64,000 nt of DNA from assembly GCA_002633005.1 (NCBI GenBank), contig NMRA01000660.1, positions 123,534 to 187,533 on the forward strand, in the 5' to 3' direction. The notes under the pieces are model-generated. The model saw nothing but the letters and a program-made list of their open reading frames with translations, searched no databases and was not told the DNA's origin. This document shows positions 1 through 13,584 of this stretch, one piece after another (positions within the stretch are counted from its first letter, which is position 1; each line of letters starts with the position of its first letter). The position numbers and the translations under genes were made by a program. The stretch is from Phoronis australis (taxonomy: Eukaryota > Animalia > Phoronida).

Positions 1-86
1 ATGGTTTCCGTTAATAGTTTTTCACGCTTGGCTGTTTTAGTGTTCATGTAATGTGTACTTTCACGCTGTAAAATAATCACACTCAC

Positions 87-162
87 GGCTGACCCCTGCC
101 ATTGAAGTAGTCACTGCATCGCCCAGTTGCGTCGCTGTTCAACAGTTGACAGAAGAGTGAAC
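87..162 (-). CDS. Gene A coding exon 2 (end of signal peptide, start of LCCL region): (C)SLFCQLLNSDATGRCSDYFNGRGQ(P)
   Basis: Acceptor tgcatttcag and donor gtgagt on the - strand. 76 nt, phase 1 to phase 2. Clearly homologous to gene B exon 38783-38873, which has the same phases. Confidence 0.88.
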
Positions 163-917
163 CTGAAATGCACAGAAAGGCATGGTCGTGTTTATGATTC
201 CCATGGATTAGACTCGAAATTGTTTCTGTCTGTTTTTACTTTTGTACTAGTACATTGAAAGCTACGTAATTCTAGTTCGCACTTTATAACCCCGGTATTA
301 ACTTTAAAATTTTAAACCTCATCCCCGGAGCTTGGTAATGCAAAAGTTTCGATTAGCAAGATAACTCATTTATGGTTAAGCATAACACTGTCACATTTGT
401 AACGAAACATTTTACGTTTCGTGCGACATCGTCTACAAGAAGTGCGACTCCTGTCTTCACGCATTCACTATTGAGCGACAATTTGCGGATTCCTCTGCGG
501 CGATGACCAAGTGCAGCTGAAGGTACTTGCTATGGATTTTTGCAATCCACGTGTTCCACAGCAATTGGAAATCAGGATTCTTTAAACGTGGTGGGTTTAC
601 TGAGGTTGTCCCCCTGAGATAAAAGTTCTACATATATTACGGTTGTAGGACACTTTTGACGCCCGTGCTTTACGAGCAGAATCGCTACAGTGTATATCCA
701 CTTGTAAAATCGGATCATGCCAGCTCTGAAAAAGGTTGTGCGCTCGTAATGCACGCCCGTAAAATAAGCTCATTAATTACGCTCATGATTGACGAAGTGC
801 AAAAGAGTAGCAAACAGCATCGTTGCCCTGCGAAGGAAACTATTTGTCCGTGAATCACGTTTGTAAATTACGTGCCTTCTTCACGTAATCCGTATGTCAG
901 TAACCTTTCTTGGAGCA

Positions 918-1076
918 GCCTCCCGTTCAGTAACGCTAGGACCTAGATTAAAAGCAAGACTTTGCGAGATTACGCGAGATATTGCCGTGTATTTCAAATA
1001 TTAAGAGCACGTGACCTTGACTAGCTTTTGGCTAGATCCTAGCGTGGGTCCTAGCGTCTACTGAACGCATGCCAGG
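918..1076. mobile_element. ~160 bp MITE with inverted ends (GCCTCCCGTTCAGTAACGCTAGGACC...GGTCCTAGCGTCTACTGAACG)
   Basis: Self-complementary ends. A second copy lies in reverse orientation at about 34638-34795. Confidence 0.75.
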
Positions 1077-1875
1077 TTACTAATGTCGTTGGAATGATTG
1101 CCTATTCACTCGTTATACGTTTTTTCAGGACGCTGACGAATATTGGATTTTTTACAAGTATCCGTGTCCAACAATATACATGTGGGAACTTTGAAGAAAA
1201 GGCCTAGCAGATCTTGAAATTTGTTCTCTAATTCTAAGTTGTAATGTGTACCATCTTTGCAAATCGTTATGTGTTCGATAATACACACTTTTAGTGTCCC
1301 GAATGACTTAAAATATCATAAGAATAGAAATTAATTTGGAGTAGAACAGAATTCATGGAATGGATGTCCAGCCCCAGTGAACACGGTTCGTTTTTTCCAG
1401 CACCATTGCTTTTAATACCGGTCGATAAGGCAACGTAACCTGGTCATCGGATGTTCTAGATTTGACGACAAAAAAGAAAATATTGTGCCCCAGGTCCTCA
1501 CACAAATGTGAATGTGCTTCCTTCAAACATGAAGCATGGTTTTTAAAACCTTAAAAGGAAACAATATATATATGTTGACAAACGATCCAAATATACCTGT
1601 ATGGCGGGGGCATGTGATAAAAGGTAATGGTTACCAACCGGAGTGTATCGTGAAATGTTTTATCAAGTCTTGCGCATGACCATAGTGCTGGATATTACCT
1701 GTACGTGGAGAGCATAATAATGTTGTGTTGAGTAGGACATCGGAGAAACTAAAACTGTATGTTTATCATGGGCCAAGAGAAATCACTCGTTACAAACAAT
1801 ACACAGGATGTCTCCTGTCACATTTTCGTCAAGACTGTGACAGAGTGGAGAAAAAATTTCGTGTTTTACACCAAT

Positions 1876-2004
1876 CAGGAGGATCCAGATTTTTTTAAAA
1901 AGGGGGGAATCAAAAATTCGAAAATTCGAGATTTTTATTCACTAATATCAAGGGAAAAAGGAGTCCGGACCCATTTCAACCACCCGCCCTTGGATCAGCC
2001 TATG
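1876..2004. mobile_element. Short GGCGGATCC-type MITE (hAT-like)
   Basis: Ends caggaggatccag...ggatcagcctatg. Absent at the paralogous position near 34980. Related copies at 9527-9674 and 18433-18753. Confidence 0.55.
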
Positions 2005-3297
2005 ATATCGCTGTGATCACTTATTGACGTGTTTCTTTATCAGTGAGAAAAATACTCCTTTTTACTTGCCCTCAAAATAGTTCATCAGATATCGCCAGGA
2101 GACTGCAGTCGCGTGATATGAACTATGTCAACAGATGGCGTCAGACGTCAGAGGCCTCATCGAACTCCTGTTCATCAAGATGTCTTACCTCGAAAAAGCA
2201 ATTCTGGTCAGGTGTCTATTTTTATGTACTCACAATTATGGTTCAAGCACGTATTAAGTCATTGGGTATAGTCTTAGTTCACATTTGATGACCTCTAGAT
2301 TCAAGACCCGGATTAAAGTTCGAAAGTTCGTGTAAACCTTCGATTTCAATAAAAAATCGAAATTTCGAATTTGACTAGGACTTAAAGCTTTATGATAGAC
2401 TCATCGAGTAAAACTGAGATAGATCCAGCTAAACGGAACTCCATCAAAAAACACTCAACTTATATATTGAGTTAAGCTCATACAAAACCAGCACGGAAAA
2501 TGTCAAAAGCAATATCGAGTCCGGGATCAAAGATTCAACCAACGCCTTGATATTTGATATTTTCTGTTCTTTATCAATTCGACAATATATGTATTTTTGA
2601 TATCGTGCTATAGTGCAATATTCTGCACACAGAAGCACACGTACATAACCCATGCAAGCTCATGCGTTAGTATTGAAGGTCATAAAAGGTACACATTTGA
2701 GTTTAAATATACGATTTCCAGGAAATGGCTCCAATTAGCATTCATAATGTACGAACATGGGTCATCAACTCATCGTGGTAAACCCTAATGTACTCATAAA
2801 CAGTCTGATTGAGACTTAAACTGAGTTCAAACTACATCAAAACAGAAAATGTAAAACAGACATTATTGAATCTTTTATTCGGAGATTGGATTTCGAACAC
2901 TAGGTGTGGTGTAATATACATGTACCAAACCAATTTGCTTATGCATAAATGTACACCTAGACGTCAATCATGGCATTATTACCATGTTTGAAAGGGTTTT
3001 GTACAATTTTGCATGTTCTGCTTACCACTTTAAGCATTTTATTCGATTTATATGACCCGATATTAATAGATCAAATAGTAATTTCTAAAACCGGAAGTTA
3101 AAAAATGTCCTCTTATCCCAAAATGCTGCATTCACTCGCTTTTCCGTTCTAATAACTTTGCTCAATGTTTACGACGACGGCAGTGACACCACGTGATCGG
3201 GGAAAAGCTAATGCAGCAGTGTTTGCATTGGGCGACTTGCTCAACTTCAAATGTTTAAAATACGTATTAAAGTAAGTAAAAATCACAAATTGGCTAT

Positions 3298-3426
3298 AGG
3301 TAACATTATCCTTTATTATGCAGCGTCAAATAGGAGCACCAGGTAACACTACCTTTTATTATGCAGCATCAAATATGAGCAAATGGTAACATTACCCTTT
3401 ATTATGCAGCACCAAATAGGAGCACC
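3298..3426. repeat. ~43 bp minisatellite x3 (GGTAACATTAnCCTTTATTATGCAGCnnCAAATAGGAGCA)
   Basis: Three adjacent near-identical units with no spacers. Confidence 0.9.
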
Positions 3427-5647
3427 GCTTTGCTCAACTAATAGATGTCCGTCTGTAACATTGCTTTCCTGCAAACTGTGAAGTAGATTTGTGTCGTTTA
3501 AAATAGCTTTCCTCCAAAAATGAAACACCACAAATTGCGAAATTACCACAGTGGAGATTGGAAGTTTTTTGGAGTTTATGCGTTTCTGGAAAGTTTATGT
3601 TTTCGAGAGGCGTATTTCAAAGAATAGCGAACGTATAACGGCGATTCTAACGTGGTTTCATTTTCAAATCGAAATTCAAACCTGGTATGCACAAAGATTG
3701 TTTTACTATCGTTGCTCTCAATTAAGAGAGTACGTATATGTCCAAAATTTTGAAAACGTTTTCCTCCGAATTACAGCTTCGATAAATCCAGAATTTGTTT
3801 CAAACGGCCAACTTCACGACTGCCGGCCGCGTTTCCGCAGTACAATGTTTTTACCGAAACGACTAACGTTGTTTACGTTCATAGTAAGTTAATTTGTTTC
3901 GGTGTTGATTTGATCCTCTCTTTCCGAAGTTGTACCATAAAGGCTTGGAAGCAAACGTCGCGTGTTATAACTATCGTGTTGTACGCCCATAACGCATTAT
4001 TTTTATTTGTTAGCAATCAAGGGATGTGGCAATAAATAGCAAATTTGTTAAAGTAAAATGAATAACTCTTTTTGAAAAACAATTATAGTAGTGTGACACT
4101 AAATTGATGAGATAAATCAATCAGCTCATCTGTTTTCTAACTCGTCTGAAATCTGCCAGGGCGCTAGTGCATTAGATCTAACACTTTTGCCAAACATCCT
4201 TATGAATCATATGATTCAATATCATGTTAACGAAGCTTCCTGTAATTGGCTTATCATGCGCTACATGGGTTTGGTTATGGCAGAAACAATCTGGTTGTCA
4301 GAATAAATATTGATTGAGAAATTAATACAAATACATGTAATTCCATTTTAAGTTGCCCAAAATGTGTGCATATGCACTTTTAAATCATTCGGTCAAACTT
4401 GTTTCCTTTTTTAACGCCAAGATCTATTTTTCGATGATATTTACTACCTTGGTTCTGGGATCAAAGCACTCTAAATATTCTAGAAATTTCTGAGAGCAAA
4501 TCGTAACAGCCAATGTGTGATAAGAGCAGGTCATGTGTTTTTTATCAGCCAATCGTTAAATAGGTATTATAATTTAGGCTGAAGTTTAAAAAATACTCTG
4601 ATGCGTTATAGTAGTTGAAGCATAAAGACTTTCTACGGTGTACAGAAGCAATTGTACAACAGTGCCATCTCGTGGAAGATTCTAATTCATCGCCTACTTG
4701 AAATAGTTGATGTGATATGTCGTTTTACTACATGAGAATTTTAGACAATTTTTGACCGATCTCTAGGGGAAGAAGGTGTTGATTGTTAGTACCTGTTTCA
4801 CTCACGGACGTGTGCAGTGTAACAGACAGATTGAACAATAATGAATGACGTGTGCTAGTATGGTGGGCGATGTGACTGATTCAATTCGAGAATGTTCAGC
4901 TGCCTTTATAAATATTTTGCAAGAAGCAGGTATGGGTTTTCTTTGTACATGTAGATAGTGTAGGTCGGGAATTTTCCGCTTTTTAATCATTTGTTTGAAA
5001 GTTGGTCGACTTCGTGTTGAGAGTATAAAGTATGTTGAAATTCGCCAACAGACAAGCTGCACGAGTTTAACAGATGAATATGATATAACAAAATCAATAT
5101 ATTATATAAGTTCCGTTTTATTATTGAGAATTTTAAGAAATAAATGTAGAAAACGGCTGGAAAGCAATTGAAGATTCTTTAAGTTTGAGGCTACTGACAT
5201 TGTCTCAAAAAATTTGAAACTTTGTCAGGTTTCCTGTCCCATCCCCGGGGCTCGTACGTTTCGCGCTGGTTCGCTGTTTTCGACTCTAGAATATCTGTTT
5301 TACACCGGTATTCCAATTTCAATGGAATAGCCTTTGGTTGGTGTTTATGAGTCCGTGAGCTGTGTTGCTCGGTGTGGTGATGAGTTTATAACATACATTA
5401 GCTTTTTAAGTGGCCGCCGATGTCATTAAACTCCATAATCATAGTATATTCTGCAAATCCCTAAGATCAATTGACATGTACCTCTCATCTGCGTAGTTTG
5501 TAGTTTTGAATTTGTTCTCAATCACAAACAAAACAATGGATAAAAAAGAGAATATGAGACCTTAATGAAACAGTCAACCATAGAAAAGGTAAGTTTTCTT
5601 AAGCTTATTGCGAATACCAAGTTCATGATAATCCACACTCGGCCTAG

Positions 5648-5729
5648 ATTGTGTCACTGTCTCAACTACCAGTAGAGACGGTGGCCATATTGTATCACTG
5701 TCTCAACTAGCAGTAGAGACGGTGGCCAT
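5648..5729. repeat. 41 bp tandem duplication (ATTGTnTCACTGTCTCAACTAnCAGTAGAGACGGTGGCCAT x2)
   Basis: Direct repeat visible in the sequence, with a partial third copy near 6055-6075. Confidence 0.85.
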
Positions 5730-6429
5730 CCCATAGACCCTTCATACGCCAAAAGCTTTTCGACGAAGTGTTCTTTAAATAAGTAAGCCATCGAAGTACC
5801 CGTTTTGCGCATAGAAGGAAACCTATATACGAGGCCATTAATTCAATTCTTAGTTCCAACTCGAACAACTATTGAATAGTCCCGATAGCAAACCCTTTTC
5901 AGGTAGTCATTCGCTCCGCTGCCCAAATCGGCAACTGCATGGCCATTTTTACATGGCGTCATTTCTTCAGGCGCGAGGAGTATAAAAAGTCCAATTGTCA
6001 TTCCAAAGATTAGGTAGTACATGGTTGACTGTAGACAGTGCCACCGTCTAAACAAGCAGTAGAGACGGCGGTCATCTCATAGGCCGTTCAAACTGGGGCA
6101 TTTACGAGCGCAGTGCATGCCAGTGTAAGGCACTCGTTAATCCGGAAGTTAACGCTAATAAGAGCACAGCCACCCTACGCGTATACGGTGTAAGTGGGCC
6201 TAATGAACGTATTGTACCTCATGTTGCACTGCGAAAGAGAGAAGAACACAATTTCATCTCAGGAATCGCGTTATGATTGGCATTAAATTTGATTTTCAGG
6301 TACCTTATGTTCACGAGCAGTATGTGAGATTAATTTACTCACCAGACTGCAAAGCAAGCCCTAAACACGTTGCAAGCGTAAGATTCTTTGAAAAGAAATT
6401 CAGAATTCACATGTACATTGTCACAGCAG

Positions 6430-6950
6430 CGATTGCAATGCACTTCTGTGAACATGTGCAAAGACCATTCTCAAAATAATCCGCCATTTAATGAAACTTG
6501 ACAGGGATTCTCCCGTGAGGAACGAATCACTCCACTCGTATGAATGATTGCACTGCACTCGCGTGGACGAGTGCAATACACATAGTATTACTCTCAAAAT
6601 AAATTCGGTTGCTATGATATCTGCTTTTTCTATTGTATAATCCGAGCGTGATTGGTGACTTCCTTGTTCACGACATGCATTCTACAGCGCGACGATTGCT
6701 ATGTACTCAGGAAGGAATGCGGTGCACTCGTATGGACAATTGCAATGAAATCGTTCTCAAAGAACAATTTGGGTTGTTGTGAAATCCGCCATTAGCATCG
6801 TGCCATAATCTGAGCGTGATGCGCGACCTCTGGGTTCTTGCATGCATTTTTCAACGATTGTTAAGATTGCACTCCAATAATGAACAAGTGCAGTTGGTCA
6901 TGCTCTCGCTATGGCCACGAGCAATGCACGCGTTCTCAAGGAACACTGGC
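6430..6950. repeat. Degenerate ~170 bp tandem repeat
   Basis: Recurring motifs TGCACTCGnnTGGAC, TTCTCAAA, ATAATCnGAGCGTGAT and CATGCATT. Confidence 0.55.
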
Positions 6951-8942
6951 GTTCCACACTAATCTGCTCATCAAAAATGTCTAAGCAGGGAAGTTTCCCC
7001 GTAATTTACATTTGAAAGTTTTCACGCCCGTGTTTCGTAATCGCTACATGTATATCCAGGCATTGAGGAATAAGGTTTTAAAGATTTACTTTCTCTGTTT
7101 ACGCCCTTAAATTGAGTTCTTAAATTAAGATCGTGATTGTCGTAGTGTAAAACAAGCGTGAAACGACGAGCCTGGATCGTTGGCCACTAGGGGAAAAGTG
7201 TCGCCCGTGACTTACATTCTGGATCGTAAATTTCTGGTGTACTTCTTACAGAAGATTACATTTCTGACGTGGATATAAGTATCCTCGCTCGGAGCCGAAC
7301 ACAAATGTCGTTGGAATGATTGCTTACAAAATCAAATTATGCTTCTACAAGAAACCGATTTTGATGGTTCCTGGAATTTCCCACTCGACTGAATTAACTC
7401 AAAAACTGCGCCAGGCACTTTTGGTTGTTACGTCTCCCATTTGACAAAAAGCATAATCGGTCCGGACGGTTATGTTTGTTGCGACGAATAGTTCACCACT
7501 GTTTTTGACACAGACACAGATGTCCGGCTTTTTATCAGAAAAGTTCACTTTTAAATTCAGTAGTTCAATCTTTCTTTCTAGATTGTTGACTGTGAAAACT
7601 ATGCAACAGGTTTTCAAAACGGTGTTTCTTAGATATGGATATTGATATAACCCACGGTTGTGTTCTTTAGTAACACAACAATAATAAAAATGTGTTCCAA
7701 TTTCTCTTATTTCTCGGGTAATACACACTGCATCTATCAGATTCAATAATTTTTATTTAATGAAGAAATGAGTTCTACGCCTAAACCTTTGTGGAAATTC
7801 CTACACAGCAACCAATGTAGTGAGCAATCCGCAATATATTTCAAGCTACACAGTAAATGCTTGCCCATATTGGACAGTACTGAAAACCATTATCTGAAAA
7901 TTTCAGATAGGTACAGAAACGTTTACCAGTTTCGAACCAACAGGGGACTGTGGCATTGGCATGTAATGGCAAATTATTAGAAGCAAAATCCTTAATATCA
8001 AAGATTTAGATGTATTATATGGCAACAAAGCGATGAAATAAACAGCTCACCACCGTTTGTATTTGCGTATCAAAGCAATGATAGTTATCAGTCATGAAGA
8101 TGGCGCAACGGTTATTGGGCTAATTTAATCGATAAAAACAGGGACACCATATAAAGTTCATCCCATCCATTGCAAAGTGCCTGTCCTTATTTGCAGATCT
8201 CCAAAATGCTACATCCTAAAACTGGTTCGACTTCAACATCATTGTATTAGGTTAACTTTGCAAAACCGCTGTTTTCACGGAATTATTAAAAACAGAAAAC
8301 GAATGTTATGATTCTCTACAAAATCAACACAACTTTCAATTGCTAATCCTTAATGAAAGCATCAACCAGTGGGGTGAACTTAAAAATATAAATTGATTTT
8401 AGACTCGGTCTCAAATTGTTCCTTATTCAAAATAGATTGAAAATAACTGACATACGTTATTCCTTGAGAGCAGCATCTTCAAGTTGTCTTAATTGTCATG
8501 GCGTGTAATTATATTCGCAGAGCTTGGTCACGAGGAATAACGAAATGTTAATTCTTTTCAAAGACCCATAACTGGTAGGCTGACCCAAATTCATAGCGGT
8601 AAGTGCACTAAATCGTATATCAATTTCGTCGCAGAATTCAAGTACTGCTTTACTCAAACGATACACTTAAAGACTATGACATAATGCTAAGAGCAACCAC
8701 AAGGGAAAACAAAGTGTTTTGACAGGGAATATACAACACTTGACAGTAAATGAAGTTTAGTGAACGACTACTCTTGGACTTACATCAATTTTGGTCAAAC
8801 ATAATTGTTCTTCGTTAAATGTTTTCGCTAATTTTGAAAGAGAACAGGAATGTCCGGACACAAACACCTCTGCCTCATTTTAGTTTGAAAGTATAGAAAT
8901 ATGCTGAACATAGAAATTGAGAAACGTAAGAAAAAAACTTAC

Positions 8943-8979
8943 ACATGAATAACAAACGGGTTACGTCTCGGTTCTCCAT
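8943..8979 (-). CDS. Gene A coding exon 1: MENRDVTRLLFM (signal peptide start)
   Basis: ATG followed by 37 nt to a gtaagt donor (phase 1). Homologous to gene B exon 28478-28514 and splices in frame to 87-162. Confidence 0.85.
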
Positions 8980-9077
8980 TAATACGGTCTACACTGCAAC
9001 ATCCTTGCTAAGCATTGAACTTCCGTGATTGACGTTTTATTATTTTTCGTCGTTATCTTCAAGTCCAACATGTGCTC

Positions 9078-9100
9078 CAGGTTATACTTGTGACCTCAGC
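9078..9100 (-). promoter_or_regulatory. Putative core promoter (TATA-like) of gene A
   Basis: AGGTCACAAGTATAACCTGGAGCA on the - strand matches AGGTCACAGGTATAAACTGGAGCA at about 28373-28397, each ~100 nt upstream of the ATG. Confidence 0.5.
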
Positions 9101-9526
9101 GTTGAGCAACTTCCCTGACAATGTTTCGGACATTCATTAGGTTTTTATATGTTTGTTGGAACTGTGGCGGTCACGTGATCATGATAACAGGGTTCATGGA
9201 AATGTTCGAGTGACGCAAAAAAACGAGACAGTCGGTTTTGGTTCACTTCCAAAGTTTCGATGTTGGAATTGCATCACTTATCGAAGATGTCACTTTCGGG
9301 AATTTTGATTCAAGCCCGTCCTTGATGGAGATATCGATAACGAATAAAGTAATCGGCTGTGTTACGGTTATTGTACGTTTTCTACTGCAGTGATAATTTG
9401 GACTATAGTCATAACGAAGAGAATAAAGAGTAATGAGCACAAAAACAAGGAGCTGAGTGTTGATTTTTAGAGCAGTTAGAATAATGCTCAAAATGGTGGC
9501 ATCTATGCACCAATCAAGGCATACAT

Positions 9527-9674
9527 CAGGGGCGGATTCAGGATTTGAGGTAAGGGGGGGTAAGGCAGAGTATTAGCCAGGATTTTGCCTGTCAGACATT
9601 CGCACCCCCGTACTGCCTAATGGAATCTGGGAAAATTTTAGGATGCCATGGCCCCCCCCTCTAAATCAGCCACT
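9527..9674. mobile_element. Short MITE (CAGGGGCGGATTCAGG...AAATCAGCCACTG)
   Basis: Imperfect terminal inverted repeats. Same family as 1876-2004 and 18433-18753. Confidence 0.6.
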
Positions 9675-11433
9675 GTAAATAGTTCCGACATGTCAATAAG
9701 GTTATTAAAGCGACATCGACGTTTTACGCCTTTTTGTAATGAGTGACCAATGGGATAGACTTTTGAAGTTGTTCGTATTTCAGACATGGAAATTTATGTA
9801 TGCAAGACTAAAGACGATGCAAATGAGTGATTAGTAAAAACTACAACGTTCAAATTCGACAAACTTCCGCGCAGTTTCTAACTCGACCAAATCTCGTCCA
9901 AATTTCAACAAGTGTAACTCTAACTTGAGCCATAAACGCAACATGCGCAAACAACCATGCTCAATTCAAATATTTGGCAAATTTTGTGGCAAGATTTAGT
10001 TTGCCTCCTGATTCTACACTTTCAAGTCATTCCTCTCACAACGACTTTTGCAACGTCGAGAACAAAATGAGAATGCCTGTAACAAGGAAACTAAACTCCA
10101 CTTAAAAAATTAACATTCTTCACGACTTCCTTCCTTCTAGCATAGAACTGTAGACATGTCCAGAGTTCAAGACTACGAGCTAGTCTCATATATCCGTTAA
10201 TGTTTTCAGTATCGACCGGTAACGCGAGTAGCCTGCAGTTAGAACAGAACTACCCATTAGTCAAAAAGAACAGGTAGAGGAGTTAAAATTGGTCAAGTTT
10301 TTTCAATAGGAGGTGAAATCATAAATTTTGCCTTATTATGTTGGAAGGCGAGAGGTGTGTTGTTGCAGTTTGTAGTGATTTTGTGAAGATTATACATGTA
10401 GCTACTGATAGCTGGCGACAGTCAAGTTTGCGGAAGAATAAAAGATACTGGTAACTAAACCAAATTGGTTGCACCGGGATTTTGTTACACTCGTAGTCAA
10501 ATTGCAGCCACATATTGAAGTGCATGTACAGCGTTGTAATAAAAGCTACTAGAAATAGTAAAACATTTATTGATTAGAAACATACAAAAACTTATACAGT
10601 GTAAGTATCAATACACCATTCTAACATTTTTTTAGTTATCTTTCTCGTTTAACTGAATATTTAAAAACTGTAAGTGCGTTTCCGTTTAAGAATATGTTTT
10701 TTAATTCAATGCGTTAGCTTTTCCAACAAAATCCTTGAACACATCATTTTAACATTGCAGGTCCTGCAGGTTCTCTCTGAATTGTCGCAAAAAGACGATA
10801 AGACGGTGGATGACGCTAAAAGGGCGCCAAGCCTTGCAAGAACAGTTTTCGTGCACAGGATATAATTTAAAACTCACCGAAAAATATCTAAAACACAATT
10901 GACGCTTATCGTGAAGAAAATTTATAGAAACGAGACAAAATACGTTAGGATAACCTTTTTCAAATACGTTACTTCGTACAATCTGCAAGAACATTCACTA
11001 AATGCTCATTACGGTTTTGTAACGAACAGTTGTACCAATGAAAATAATATTGTGGTCCTGAATACGTACAACACAAATCTGATTAGTAAACAAATTCATC
11101 GAAACGCCTACATGTACGTGCACAAGGTGATTATCGACTGACGATATGCGCGTAATTCGAATCAGTTGTCAGACGACCAGATTTCGGACCCAACTGCCGA
11201 TGGCAATGGCTTCAGAGGTAACGACCTCTAAAAGACTGTTGCATTTAGGTCGGCGTCAGGTAGATCTCATGTCAGCTAATCATTACCGACCGAGAAACAA
11301 GTTTACACTGCATGTGAAGTAAAAGCTGCAAAACGCCAATGGAGAATCAAACAAGGATCACATTTAACATTTAACAATTAAAAACTAGAAATCGATAACT
11401 GACATATGGTCCGCCAGTTCTAACCAGGAACGA

Positions 11434-11508
11434 CTAGGAAAAATTGGCGTAAGTGTCAAACGACTGAATGAACTGCTCCGCCATACTGTACAGCGACCTG
11501 TACTGGTC
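11434..11508 (-). CDS. PTP D2 terminal exon, duplicate copy: DQYRSLYSMAEQFIQSFDTYANFS*
   Basis: ttttcag acceptor. Same protein as 14446-14520, with three synonymous differences. Confidence 0.85.
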   Translation of the reverse strand, partial: DQYRSLYSMAEQFIQSFDTYANFS

Positions 11509-11930
11509 CTGAAAAGACAAAATACGCAGGATGAAAAGGTGGTGTCGGCGTAGTGAAAATGCAGAAAAACAATACTATGTACACGTAGTCCAGGAACTTT
11601 TCACTCGTAAGGTGACACTCTTGCTCACTGTTCAGTCAAAATACAACATCCCGATTCTAAAAATAACCAAACCAGCTTGCACTTGAAAAGTTAGGTTCTT
11701 CCGATTGTCACAAGCCAGGAGAAATTAACATAAGATCCTCGAAAACTCTCAAGATGACACATCAAAAACATTCTACCCAGCTCCGACGCCAGTAGAAAGC
11801 TGCAATTATAGACGTTGTTATAAATGAAACACACGGATTAAGGACCCGAAAACAATTACATATAAATTAAATTTGACAGCAGACGTTGAGAAAAGAGCAA
11901 TTACCACAATGGTTACCCGCTGAAACTTAC

Positions 11931-12066
11931 CACGTTGGTAATAAACTGGAATCTGGTGACTCTATTGTTCTTCACAGTCTGGAATACGTCGACGCCCTGT
12001 TCAACTTTGATCTTCTCAAACAGGTTGGCAAGAGTACAAAAGTATCCGCTACGAGTACAACCGTCC
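11931..12066 (-). CDS. PTP D2 penultimate exon, duplicate copy (DGCTRSGYFC...QFITNV)
   Basis: 136 nt with AG/GT boundaries. Differs from 14942-15077 by one synonymous change and one I-to-N change. Confidence 0.85.
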
Positions 12067-12485
12067 CTGAAATGGGCCATTTAGTGTAGAACTGGCAGGA
12101 AAAATAAATCAATCAGCAAAGTTATGCAAACCCCTTGCAGTGGAGGTAGTGAATTCCATTCTGAAGGGAAAATCGCCTCAGGCTCCGACATGCAACACAG
12201 GTATTCGACAGAGGTGCGAAACAACTACGCCATCTGATGTCTAACCCGTAGAAACAGTGGTGCTGTCCATGAACATTATGTGGGAGAGGCAAGCCGCTAA
12301 TAGCAACGTGACAAAAGAGACATTAACACAATCGCTGTAATTAATTGTCTTCCCCGACTAAAACACCTGGTGGGTTTAAAGAACCATTGATGTGTCTGAA
12401 CCAGGTGACAAGGCAGAACCGAGGAAGTCGTTTCTACATTCAACAAGATTCATTTATGAACATAAAACTTGCTATATTTACTCAC

Positions 12486-12612
12486 AAACAATGTATTACA
12501 GCTGCGTTTTTCCCGGTTTGTTGCTGCGCCAGTTCCACAATTTCAATAAGTTCAATAAGCGCACTTTGTAGGTTCGATGGTGGCACAGGCAGTTTGTTTG
12601 GCCAGCCTCTTA
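12486..12612 (-). CDS. PTP D2 exon, duplicate copy cut by the gap (RGWPNKLPVPP...VIHC)
   Basis: Matches 15483-15609. gtgagt donor. The 5' part falls in the Ns. Confidence 0.8.
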
Positions 12613-13243
12613 NNNNNNNNNNNNNNNNNNNNNNNNNNNNNNNNNNNNNNNNNNNNNNNNNNNNNNNNNNNNNNNNNNNNNNNNNNNNNNNNNNNNNNNN
12701 NNNNNNNNNNNNNNNNNNNNNNNNNNNNNNNNNNNNNNNNNNNNNNNNNNNNNNNNNNNNNNNNNNNNNNNNNNNNNNNNNNNNNNNNNNNNNNNNNNNN
12801 NNNNNNNNNNNNNNNNNNNNNNNNNNNNNNNNNNNNNNNNNNNNNNNNNNNNNNNNNNNNNNNNNNNNNNNNNNNNNNNNNNNNNNNNNNNNNNNNNNNN
12901 NNNNNNNNNNNNNNNNNNNNNNNNNNNNNNNNNNNNNNNNNNNNNNNNNNNNNNNNNNNNNNNNNNNNNNNNNNNNNNNNNNNNNNNNNNNNNNNNNNNN
13001 NNNNNNNNNNNNNNNNNNNNNNNNNNNNNNNNNNNNNNNNNNNNNNNNNNNNNNNNNNNNNNNNNNNNNNNNNNNNNNNNNNNNNNNNNNNNNNNNNNNN
13101 NNNNNNNNNNNNNNNNNNNNNNNNNNNNNNNNNNNNNNNNNNNNNNNNNNNNNNNNNNNNNNNNNNNNNNNNNNNNNNNNNNNNNNNNNNNNNNNNNNNN
13201 NNNNNNNNNNNNNNNNNNNNNNNNNNNNNNNNNNNNNNNNNNN
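12613..13243. other. Assembly gap (N run)
   Basis: Run of Ns. Confidence 1.
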
Positions 13244-13578
13244 CGCAAGTAGCCTGCACAAAACTACCCATTGATCAAAAAGACCAGGTAGAGGAGAAAA
13301 ACTTGGTCAAGTTTGTTCAATAGGAGGTGAAATAATAACTAGTGCCTTATTATGTTGGAAGGCGAGTGGCGTGTTCTTGCAGTTTGTAGTGATTTTGTGA
13401 AGATTATACATGTAGCTACTGATAGCAGTGGACATTCAAGTTTGCGGTAGAATAAAAAATACTGGTAACTAAACCAAATTGGTTGCACCGTGATTTTGTT
13501 ACACTCTTAGTCAAATTTCAGCCACATATTCAAGTACATGTACAGTGTTTTAATAAAAGGTACTACAATTGTAAAACA

Positions 13579-13584
13579 TTTATT
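13579..13584 (-). terminator. Candidate poly(A) signal AATAAA of the PTP 3' UTR (duplicate at 10566-10571)
   Basis: AATAAA on the - strand about 860 nt after the stop codon. Supported by position only. Confidence 0.35.

Larger units (their letters stand above)
10223..12612. repeat. Copy 1 of a ~2.4 kb duplicated segment (PTP 3' exons and 3' flank); copy 2 is 13244-15609
   Basis: Collinear and highly similar, with scattered substitutions and small indels. The two copies abut opposite sides of the N gap. Confidence 0.95.

Noticed and set aside
3298-3426. Short direct repeats as a possible CRISPR array (also 5648-5729 and 43471-43548)
   Set aside because: Only 2-3 units, mostly abutting without unique spacers, no cas genes, and a spliceosomal eukaryotic context.
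9243-9491. Minus-strand ORF with a hydrophobic N-terminus upstream of gene A
   Set aside because: TTG start, no splice partner and no recognisable domain. It lies in the promoter flank.
12345-13323. Long ORFs of 200-300 aa in the ORF track (also 55039-55948)
   Set aside because: They are read-throughs of N gaps.
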